Source: Eremomyces bilateralis CBS 781.70
Lineage: Eukaryota
Assembly: GCA_010015585.1 (NCBI GenBank)
Contig: ML975157.1
Length of the DNA stretch: 64,000 nucleotides
Reading direction: 5' to 3' (one strand)
The notes under the pieces: model-generated
What the model was told of the DNA's origin: nothing
The model's input: only the letters and a program-made list of their open reading frames with translations
Databases searched by the model: none
Shown here: positions 48,725 to 60,043 of the stretch, one piece after another
Position numbering within the stretch: the first letter of the stretch is position 1
Layout of the letters: each line of letters starts with the position of its first letter
Position numbers and translations under genes: made by a program

Positions 48725-49849
48725 GGCTCGACAAAAGGGGAGGAGCTTCTACATTTCCAGCGGGGAACGGGACGTCTAATGACTTGTACAAAATTGTGAC
48801 CTTGGCAGTTGGGCAGCGTGCGTGTAACCCTTTGGGGGATTCATTCTTCGTTATATCTTATCGGGAAGGGGAGTCTAGTATGGGATACTTGACAACGCCT
48901 AATCCGCTACAAGATAGAAATACATCCAGCTAAAAGCGTTGACTGTCGGTGAATACTATAGCGTAGTCGAAGAGCCAAAATAACATGCACCATACTATAC
49001 TGTTGTAACCCTTAGAACATGTGCCTCACGGGGCATATACCAGATTGTGGTACCCGAATTTACAGATAGAATCTGAGGACCTGTGAATTTGCTGCCGAAA
49101 AGAGCGGTTTGTGACGCCGTTTTTGGTGGCATTTCTGTCGCATGCCAAAGGATTAGATCTAGGAGCCTAAGGCTTGGTTGAGTACATATCCCTGTCCTCA
49201 GGGCCTCCCAGGCCTGAAGACAAAAGGGTGGCTTATTTCTAGGGTCTAGCATGAGCTTGATTTCGAACATTGCTGTGCCGTCTAGAATATAGTTCTATGA
49301 TAGTTTCTCAAGCTTTTATCTAACGAGTTTCTTACGGAGTAACTTTGTGTGCTACAGAAAAGGCCTCCAAAAACGGAGGTTTCTGACGCCGTTTTCTGCG
49401 GTCTTTCCACCTAGGCGAAACGCCATCGTTTCGTTACCGGAGGTGCCCAAAACTCCCCGTCACTGTGCCAAGGCCCTGCAGGCGCCGCTCAAGTTCGTCA
49501 CACTCGGGATCGCTCTCTGTGTGTTTTCGATCCATGAAGCAATATCAGCAGGGTTCCATAGATGGACAACGACGGCTGGCGGCGTTCTTTATGTCCGAAT
49601 ACTAGAAGTTGAGGTCGTAGGAAATATGACATTCCCGTAATAAACAAAGCGAGTCACGTGTTAAGCCTCGGTTTTCCAGGCATGAAGACGCAGTGCAACT
49701 CCACACGACACACATTGAGCAGGTCCCCACATGGGCCTCGCAGAGAGGCCTGACGGGCAGTGGCACGGGTACACTTGAGAGTTGAGAGCATCGCCAGACC
49801 GTGAGGCCTACCGCCGCCTACGGAGTAGGAATATGTTGACTGTTGATGT

Positions 49850-49921
49850 TCACGTGACCACATCCCTACGCGTCGCGCTATCACGTGATGAATTCTTCTG
49901 CACGGCGCGTCGGACACGTGA
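49850..49921. promoter_or_regulatory. SMC5 promoter cluster: three CACGTG E-boxes plus ACGCGT/CGCG (MCB-like) elements
   Basis: tCACGTGac, tACGCGTcgcg, tCACGTGat, ggCGCGt and aCACGTGa within about 70 bp, 145-215 bp upstream of the ATG. Confidence 0.5.
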
Positions 49922-50064
49922 ACCCATGCGCTCCTCCATGACTAGATGCATCACTCGAAAGGACCAGAGCAAAAAGACGGGTGTTTGTCAGGGGATATCT
50001 GGCCTCGACCCGCTTCATCGCATCCTTGGATCCGATCGAACCTGGCGTACTTCGCACATCTAAC

Positions 50065-53000
50065 ATGCCAGGAATCCAGCTTCCACAGCGACGGCCGCGA
50101 GCCATACTGTCCGACGACGAAGACTTGGACGATGCGGACGATGCGCATTCACTTGTTTCGAGTGCGTCTTCTGCGAGCAAGCGAGCCCGTTTGACTAGGG
50201 GAGACGACACCCAGGTCAGTTGTTATATCAATCGGCTTTGCAGTAATGCGCTTTGTAGGACTGAACGCTCACAACGCTACAGATATCGCGAGACAGTGTG
50301 CTGCCCGAATCATATCGAACCATGCCTCGAGCCTCTCCCGACAACTTTGCAAACGCAGATGTGCCACATGCGGATGTCTACCATCCAGGCTCAATCGTAC
50401 GCATCAAGCTGACCAACTTTGTGACATACACATCGGCGGAATTTCATCTTGGTCCAAGCCTTAACATGGTCATCGGGCCGAACGGAACTGGCAAGAGTAC
50501 TTTGGTCTGCGCGATATGCCTAGGACTGGGGTGGAGTCCGAACAACCTTGGAAGGGCGAAGGAGGTGGGCGAGTTCGTCAAGCATGGGTCACCAGAAGGC
50601 GAAATCGAGGTCGAGCTATCTGCCGGCCCGGCCCAGAAAGGTGTCAACCCCATAATCCGGCGGCTGATCAAGAAAGACGGAAACAAATCTCACTGGTCCC
50701 TGAACGGCAAGAATACGAACCAAACCAGCATCATGAACCTTGCCAAGTCCTTTTCCATCCAGATCGACAACCTCTGCCAGTTTCTGCCGCAAGATCGAGT
50801 GGTGGAGTTTGCGCAGATGCACCCGATTGACATGCTGGCATCTACCCAGAAGGCGGCGGCCGAGCCGTATATGCTGGAATGGCACAACGAGCTCAAGGAG
50901 CTGCGGACGAAGCAAAAGGACATGCAATCATCGTCCCAATCCAGTAAGGACACACTTGCCGACCTCAAGGTGCGGCAGAACCAGACGCGTGGTGAGGTGG
51001 ACCGATACCAAGAACGCGAGGCCCACATGAAGAAGGCCAAACTGTACGAGAAATTCCGGCCAGCGGTTAAATACAACGACGCTCGTGCCAGATACAAAGC
51101 CGCTAAAGCGCACTCTAAGGCTGCCGCCAATGATTTGAAGGATTTGAAGCAGAGAGTGCAGCCAGCGCTCGAGGCGATGAAAGAAAAGGAGGGTTATGCC
51201 AAGGACATCAAAACTGCCGTGGCCAAGAAGAAACGCGTGGTTCTCAAACAGGAGGAGCGAGCTACGAAGCTGTTTGGGGAGCAACAGAGCATCCTTGACA
51301 AACTCACCAAGTGTGAGAACGATAGGAAAGCAGCGATTCAGTTAGAAAAGTCCCGCAAGCAGCAGCTTCAGAAGCACCAGGAAGAACTCAAGCGGCTCCG
51401 ACGTGATTACGACGAGCATCCACCCGACTACAATCTAGAACACTTCCAGGGCCCATTGCGTGAGAAGCGTGACCGAAAAAGCGAAGTTGATCGAATGCTT
51501 CGAACCATACGCGGAGAGTTGGAGGAGATCGCAGGCAAAGCTCGACCAGAGCGCCAAAAGATGCAGGCCTTGAACGACCGACTCAACGGCCTTAAATCGC
51601 AGGCGGGGCAGAAAATGGAACGGTTGAAGAGCTATTCCAAAGACACCCACACCGCGTGGGAATGGATCAAGGCGAATCGCGACAAATTCACAGGCCCGGT
51701 CTACGGACCGGCTCTGCTCGAATGCTCCGTGAAAGATCAGAAACACGCCGACTTGCTCGAAGCAAGTCTGCAGAAGATGGATATCCTCGGGATTACGTGC
51801 ACGAACGTCAATGATTTCAAAACGTTGCAGCAACACTTGTTTAGCAGAGAGCTTGCTCTCACTGATGTTGTCATTCGTACGGCGAAGCAGGAGATGAACT
51901 ACTGGCGATCTCCCTGTTCCGCGGACCAGCTTAGGAGCTTGGGACTAGAAGGGTATCTTATCGATCTGCTCGAAGGCCCCGAGGCCGTGCTGTCCGGATT
52001 GTGCGACAGTTCCAAGCTGCACAAGACATGCTACTCCATGCGCGATCTGAGCGAGCAGGAGTTCGAGCGCTTACAGACCAACCGAGACGTAAGCTCTTGG
52101 GTCACTCCCAGACAATCTGTTCAGGTCATCCGTCGCGCAGAGTATGGCCCCAGTGCAGTATCAACTTCCACCCGACCGGTGCGTCCAGCTCGGTTTTGGA
52201 CAGACAAGGTCGATCTCAGTGCCGAGCAAGAAATCAATCGACAGCTCCGGGAGGTTGCTGCGGAGGTTGCGGAGTATACGGAACAGCATCGTCTAAAGAA
52301 GGGGGAGCTGGATGGCCTTGCAGCTGAGCAGCAAAATCTGCACAAAGACATTGTAGGAGCCCCCGATAGCCGCTAGCAATACGCACTGACAACTTGCCTT
52401 AGCAAAACATACAGAAAGACAAAGACCGGGCGCAACGACAATACGGAGAATGGCAGGCTTTGCCGAATAAAATCGGTAGGTCTCCAGAGTCGACAAGTTC
52501 AGGGCTCTTGTAACTAACCACCCCAAAGCGAATGTCGAGGACAAGATCAAAGACCTCAAGACGCGGGCAGACGATGTCATGCAAACTGTGCACGAGAACA
52601 ACAGGAAGTATAACTCCTTGGTTCTGCAGAAAGGAGAGAGCGCTTTGGAATACGCCGTGAGTTCCACCTTCTGTTGTCGACCATCCTGGAAGCTAACCGT
52701 CTAAAGCATCAAGTTGCTTCTCTCCGAAATTTGCACCAGAAACTGGTTGAAGTACAAATTTGGCAGATCGAGGCGGAATCTGACCTCGAGGTTCTTAAAG
52801 AGAGAAATCGCTCGATTAACCAGCAATTGAAGGATGCCGATGCCCAGCTCACGATTCTGCAGAGAGAAAGTGAAGCCATCAAAAAAGAGGCTCATGCCCT
52901 TTCGAATCAATATCAGCAAATCCACGATAGCTTGACGGACGACGAAAGGGAGCTATTCGAGGAGATGTCCGGTGCGGGTTTGACGATGGAGCAGCTCGAT

Positions 53001-53741
53001 GTCGACATCGAAGGGCTGAAGACGCGGATCGAACTGATCGGCGAGCGGAATCCGGGCATCATCAAACAGTTCGAGAAACGGGAGCAAGATATCCGGAACC
53101 TGGAGCACAAGCTTGAGACGTGGGAGAGGCAGCTGGAAGAGTCGGAGACGAAGATTACGGAAATCCGGCAGAAGTGGGAGCCCGAATTGGATACCCTAAT
53201 TGCGAAGATCAACGATGCATATGCCCATAACTTCGAGCGCATCGGCTGCGCTGGGCAGGTCTCCGTCTACAAGGACGAGGATTTCTCAAAGTGGGAGATT
53301 CGGATTTATGTGAAGTTCAGGTGAGAGCAATGGTCCCTTGCAGGACCTACGTTGTACTGACTCAAAATCAGGGAACACGAGGAACTTTCTCTTCTTGACA
53401 GTCATAGACAGTCCGGTGGAGAGCGCTCAGTGTCGACAATCTTCTACTTAATGGCGCTACAAACCCTGGCCCGGTCTCCTTTCCGTGTGGTTGATGAAAT
53501 CAATCAAGGCATGGACCCCCGCAACGAACGAACGGTTCACGAGCGAATGGTCGATATCGCCTGCGCGGAGCACACCAGCCAGTACTTCCTGATCACGCCG
53601 AAACTGTTGACGGGTCTGAAGTATCATCCGAGGATGAAATTACACGTCATCAATAGCGGTGAATACGTTCCTGGGGACCTTCATGACCTGAACTTCAAGA
53701 ACTGTGTGGAAAAGGCCTTGACCTTAAAAGGTCTCGCGTAA
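50065..53741 (+). CDS. SMC5: Structural maintenance of chromosomes protein 5
   Basis: [33 protein letters not shown], coiled coils, [18 protein letters not shown] and [12 protein letters not shown]. Five short introns, the first at 50215-50282. Confidence 0.96.
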
Positions 53742-54729
53742 TCCCAGCGTATTGATAGGTCCGCTATGGGCAGTATCTTGTTACGGATTTTATGTTTAAC
53801 CATGCAAAACGACCCCCCATACCAATAGAATACGCTATTCTCTTCACTTGCCGCCGTTCACGGTTATGGCAGCTCAATGTACGTACTCAGTGAAGTTCAC
53901 ATCCACCTGCATCTGGACTCTAAAAGAACAAATCGCTCATTGTAAACTCCTCTCCAGGATCAGCCGAAGAATCCTTCCGAGCTTTGATCGCTGCTGCTAG
54001 CCGCTCCGATGTGGCGTGGGGTAACACAGAAGAAAATCTCTGAAACGAATACGGGACTTGGTGCTTCCATCAATCCGACCGACCTCACGACAACCCTATT
54101 GTTCCGATGCGACAGGCGGTCTAAGTAAGGATTCGGCAAGTCGTACCCACTATGCTGCAACGACGCGACTGATTGCAGCCGATATGTCAAACGGGGAGCC
54201 AACGGTCGGCGCCTGGCCCGTTTGCATCGGGACCAGGAGGCCAGGGCTGCGTAACCGCTCGGCAGAGATAGAAGGGATTCATATCACCACCATGCTACGC
54301 TGCACCCGGTCAGCACTCGAGAGTAGACGAATGAATCAAGCTTTCTGCCAACCCTCTTGCTTCGGTTCTTGTTATTCATCGACTCTTCGAGTCTTGCGGG
54401 TGTTACCACACCTCATTGATTCCCGAGACATGCCATCATCGCATCCGATGCCAAGTCAGTAAACCACAGTCCGGTGAACGTAGGCTTTTTTATATATTTT
54501 TTACGCATATATGTTCAATCGTCTCTCAGACTTAATCTCTGCTCTTCAATCCTATAGCCCATCAGGTTTCACAAATCGCTCTTAAGCATATATCATACTT
54601 AGGGGCACTCAAATCCGCATCCACCCTCCACAAGTTTGTACGGCGTTAGTCGTTATTCACAAGGTACACGTACTGAAACGATAGTACTCGTTCAACCGCT
54701 CATACGTGATCGTTCTCATAGACTTTACC

Positions 54730-55786
54730 ATGGAGTTGCACCCCGTCTTCCTCTCCCTGCTTTTCACGCCTCTTGCCGTGGCTGCCGAGACCTGGAAGGT
54801 CACCAAGTTCTACACCCATTATATGGCCGAGAACAGTGGTACCGAGAACGGTACCTGGCCTGCAGGTTCGGAATTCAACACCACTGTCTGCTTCACGCTG
54901 TCTCCCACTAGCGGGTCCGACCAGAAGAATATTGAGTGCCAGGGCACTTTCGCTCCTTTCACGCACGACACCTTATGGCGTTATTGTGACGGGGATGTCC
55001 ATGCCTGGCGGCTCGAACCTGGACATTTCGAAGCAGTGTCCATGTGGGGGTTGAACATCTTGCGCTCCGACGTAGAGTAAGGGGATATGATGTGGGCGTC
55101 CTTAGTGCAACCTGTAGCTGACTGCTTGTAGGGATTCCACTGTCAGGACCACATACGCGCAATTCCATATGGTCAATAATGAGCCAGAAAACCCTCAATC
55201 CTTCCTCACCTGCACGGAAGGCAAGCCATTGGAAGGTTGGTCATGTGCGCTCGACGGTCAACTTTCCGTCCCCTCTCCCGTCAGGTTTCCGCTCTACGAA
55301 CGGCAGGCCCACGCCAAGCCATTTAAGGTCAGTAATTTTACGATTGATAGAGACACCGGCCGCAGGACATTCTCTATCACTGATCCTAACGTGCTGGACT
55401 CCTACGACATTGGAGGCAAGACGTTCCGGTCTAGCACTGAGTGCAAGCTGGGGCCCGTGGGCCATATGCTTAAGCACGGGAATGAAGACTTCCTCAAATG
55501 CGATGACGAGTCTTTCTCCTTTAAACTTGGTCCCTCGAACGACACGAGGGGGATGAGGGGGTTTCACTTGGAGGTCCGCCATAACCTCCCGCTCGCCTCG
55601 TTCCAGGTGGACGTCATCGCACCCTCTGAGTCTATCATCAGTGGATCCGTCGATCTAGAGTTCGGGAAGGACTTTAACTACGACTACAGCCGGCTTAAGC
55701 GATCTTGCGCTCTTACACTGACGCGTGGAAAAGCGGAGGTCAATGTCACGTCGCTCGCCGTCGCTGGCTCTTATGGCTTGCCTTAA
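54730..55786 (+). CDS. Predicted secreted Cys-containing protein, about 333 aa, function unknown
   Basis: Signal-peptide-like MELHPVFLSLLFTPLAVAA. Intron 55077-55131 joins two ORFs in frame. 8 Cys and several N-glycosylation sequons. Confidence 0.75.
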
Positions 55787-56327
55787 ATGGCGAAACAATA
55801 GCCAGGCAAATGGCTAGAGGAGATGATTCTCAGAGAGAAGTTGAGAAAATGGATAGGATAATGCCAATTTGAATGCAATCGAGTTAAGGTCGTGAACTTC
55901 AAGCAGCATGAATTGGGATTCAAGATGACTACGGGATCAGTGCTATCCCCTTCGCCGTAACAATGTCTCGATGGGATCATACCTTAAAGGGATAGCAGTG
56001 ATCTAGCTCCGTCCAATACTAAACGTGAGTCGTGGTTGACTGTAGGCAGGGGACAGATTACTAAAGAGCAAGGATCGGAACAATACTAATCATTTCTACG
56101 TTACACGTGACATGAACGGCATACTCGGAGCCATACTGGTAGGCGCGGGATAGCCAAAGGCAGGTAAAATAAAGACGTCGATCAATCTATTTTGTTATTA
56201 TACAACTGAATCTGCAAGTTCGATCGCATTGAATCCTCGGCTATATGAGCTTTTATGAACCTGCGTCACCCAGTTCCGAAGACGTCAAACCAATACGCAA
56301 GGCACATGTGTCTAGGAATCAAACTTT

Positions 56328-59300
56328 CTATGCCCATCGCGCCGACTCTCGCTCCGTCTCAACGCGCGTGGCCCTCGCCTCATCATTCTCCTCATCTTCG
56401 TAATGGTAGCTCAACTGGCGGTAAGATTTGGCTTTCCGCCTGTCCTCGCGCCCCGTCGCCGTTGAGACATCGCCATCTCTCTGTATCTTACGCCGATTAT
56501 TTCGAAACGCACTCGGCCCAGTGGGCGGCGCGAAAGCCTGCTCCTCCGTCTCCGAGAAAGACCGCTTGCGATCGATCCCGGGACCTTGCTGCAAGGACGC
56601 TCTCCGCTGCTGTTCCTTGAGAAGTCGCTCGCGCATTCGTGCTTCACGTTCCTGTGCAAATGGATCGATGGCAGGCTCGGGCTTTTCAGCAGCTGATTCC
56701 TTCGGTTTGTCGGACGAGTCGGTCATATTGCGCTGAAGCGCCCGGGGCCCTGTTGGCGCATTCATAGGCGGGATCTGGACACTGGACAGCTTGCGGGCAT
56801 TTTCGCGGGAACGACCATGAATCCGCAGCTGAGGCTCCTCTACACGCTGTGATTGAACTGCTTTCTCATCCTCGTCCTTGATAGAGTCTTGATCACGCTG
56901 CCGCTCCCTACGAGGCTTCTCTCTATGTCGGTCGCTCTCTTTATCCCTGCCATGATCTCGACGCCGTTCCCGATCCTTCTCGTGATCGCGGTGGCTCCGG
57001 CTGTGTCGAGACGATCGCTTTGGGTCCACTTCCGCCTTGACACCATCGGACAGTGATCTATCCCTTCTTGACTTGCGGCGGTCGCGGTCGCGGTCTCTGT
57101 TGCGTTCCCGTTCCCGATCGCGATCTTTCTCTTTGCGGGATGACTTTCGATAGGGCTCTGGGCTGTAGTTCCGCTCACGATGGTCACTCTTTGACTTTCT
57201 TTTGCCCTCTGATGTACTCAATTCAGTGTCCAAGAGTACGTCCGGAGATCGAGAACGGCGCCGATGTCGATGCCGATGCCGACTGGAATGGTGTGAGCGA
57301 GAAGAATGGCGTTTGTCATTCCCAGATCGGCTAGCGGACCGTCTCGAAGAGCTCATCGATGATTCGCGGGTCCGCCTCGGCCTATCGTATTTCTCATGCT
57401 CAGGCGGGTCTCTATCGGACTTGTGGCGAGGTGACCGCTCATGGCGTCGATCAGTGTCTGATTGTGGGAGACCAAAATCCCCTTTTTCCCGAGGCTCACG
57501 ATGGGACGAGGCTGACTTGGACCGCTCTCTGCTATTCCGACGTTAGACCAATGAGCAGCACAAGCCAAGGGGGAACTTACGCATTTAATGCCTCGGGCTG
57601 TCCGTTTATATTATCGGGTGCTTGAGAGTTCGTGGAGCGTATTCGAGGCAACGTCGACCCGCCTTCTCGCATTGCTTTGGGACCAGTCGGAGCACCTTCA
57701 ACCCCTTGGCCTTGGGGCTCATGAATGTAAGGAGCATGGCGATCGTAGGATATTTTCCGTCCGTGGGAACTAGCCGACCCAAACTTGCGGCCTCCTCGTC
57801 GGTTGAAACGATTGCCAAAACCATCGAGAGGATATGCATAGTTTCCGTCATCCAGTGGATGAAAATTATTCGCATCATGACCCGTTCCAAAAGCGTTCGG
57901 GTCGCCCCATTGACGATCCTCCGCCGCGGTGCTGCGAATCGCTTGAATGTTAGACTCAGTCAGGCCTACCTCATGATCACCATTATCCTGCCCCTTTGGT
58001 CCAAGTGCACCATCTTCAGCGTCTTCAGCATTTGCACCTTGGTCCGCACCTTCGGTGGTTTGGCCATTAGATTCAGCAGTATCTGCTGCAGCATTGGTTA
58101 GAACGACACTCTCCCCTTGAGAGGTCCGGCGATCGTGGCTGTACGGCCGGGTGTCCTCGGGATACGTCTCTTCATACTGGCCATTCTCCGCATAATGACC
58201 CTGGGAGTGAGAGTATGCGTGGTTGCCGCGATAGTTTCTGTGATAACCTCTTCCATAGCCTCGATGGGAGTGAGCACCACGTCCGTGGAAACGATTCTGG
58301 TTGTGGTAATTATTTCTAGAGAACTGTTGGTGCTGCATCTGCGAATAATGCCCTTGGTGAGATTGCTGATTATATCCACCAGGATAGTAACCGGAATTGT
58401 TGAAGTCATCGTTCATGGATTGCTCGTTCCAGCCGCCGAATCCTCCGCCAACGCCCATACCCATGTTCATGTCGCTCAATCCATTCATGCCCATCCCGGG
58501 AGCACCGAAATTGCCAAACATTCCCTGGGGCATATTCATAGCGTTCATGCCCATGCCTGACATACCTTCGTAAGGTTAGCTAAAGATTATTTGGTTGGTG
58601 AATATGGAGGACGTACCCATCGCGTTTGGAAACCCTGACCAATTGCCTGACTGCATGGCATTTTGAAATTGCATCTGCATCATGGGATTCATTCCATTCT
58701 GCCACCCCATGTCATTGGAATCATCGGCCTGATTATAGCCGAGAGATGCTACTGCCACCGTTTGATCCTGGCCAGCCCATGATGCGTCCGCCTCGTTATT
58801 CGTTGGGATTTCCTCAACTGCTTTTGAATCATCGTCCTGAGCATCGTCGTTATTAGTTTGATCGACTTGAGTGGTCGATTCGTCTTCCTCTTTGTTGCTT
58901 GGTTCGGCCTACGTCGTGTCAGCTCCTTTCCAGAACCTAGGATGGAGGATTTAAAGGCTTACCACTGCATTATTTTGTTCCGTTGAGATATGCGAGGTCC
59001 CGGCAATTGTCTCTTGTACGGGCTCCTGATCTTGAGGAACTGCTTCTGGCTCTTTCGAGTCGATATCCTGTCCTGCCTTCTCATCCGTGGCTATTGTATC
59101 CGGCTGTTCCTGGGGTGTTTCTGGCACCGGCGGCTGAATCGCAGCCCGACTCTTCTCTCGCTTCTTCTCCTGCGACTTGAGAAACACTTTCACTGTGGCG
59201 CGAAGCTTTTTGTCGATTTTGCAATCCTCTGCTGAGAGTGGCTGATGATCGCAGATCGGACACGTGTCGGAGAGGGTTGTTTGGCCTAGACGTTTGGTCA

Positions 59301-59550
59301 GATACTTGTCGCGTTGACTGTCGGAAAGGGGTGACAGACAGGAAAAGCAGATAGATTGGTCACAGCAAGGCAGTCGGAACGCCTCGACGGCAAGCTTGTT
59401 GCAGATTGCGCATCGCAGCTTGATGGGAATGTCATCTTGTTTCAAGGAGCTGCTGAAAACGTTAATTCAGACTCTTAGCTACGCAACTACAGGTACGTTT
59501 GATACAGACCTAGCGAGGTCCGCAGCTTTTAAGGCCTCCTCATTAGCCAT
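56328..59550 (-). CDS. N-terminal RING-finger protein with Met/Gly/Asn-rich middle and Arg/Ser/Asp-rich C-terminus (probably nuclear RNA-processing related)
   Basis: LRCAICNKLAVEAFRLPCCDQSICFSC..CPIC RING. Five canonical introns join ORFs 58951-59445, 57577-58563 and 56328-57356. Confidence 0.78.
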
Positions 59551-60043
59551 GCTTGCTGGCCTTGATGTTTTCAACTCTTCTCCAACTTTCAGTAAACCGA
59601 TGTTTGCATTTGTGAAAACGCGTTGGTTGATTGAGACGAGGGTCCAGGATGGACTGGCGCAGTGGAACGAACTGTTATGGAGTCGGAAGTAGGAACTTCA
59701 CGGACATCAACTCTTGAAGTCCTAAGCACCGGACTGACTTGCTTTACTATATAGTGGACGAAATCGTTAATGGGAGCTTCATCAAGATCTGAGAGTCCAG
59801 GTTCCTCCAGCGCTGTTGCGTGTCACATGATACACCAGCTTCACCTGACGCGTATACGCGCGTGTCACGTGTAAATTATCTGCCTTGTTCATACTTCTGC
59901 TTCAGCCTCGTATTTCAGGCATCAAATATACACTAGGATGGACTGGAATTATATATTTAAATGCTGTTTCTGGTCAAGCTATTGTTGTTTTGAACTTGAT
60001 TATCGGCTTTGTATTGTATCGAGTCGAATTTTAGAAGCAATAT

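Noticed and set aside
49822..49835. Minus-strand ATATTCCTA resembling the snR30/U17 m1 motif
   Set aside because: No partner AAACCAT m2 motif or ACA box at the expected distance.
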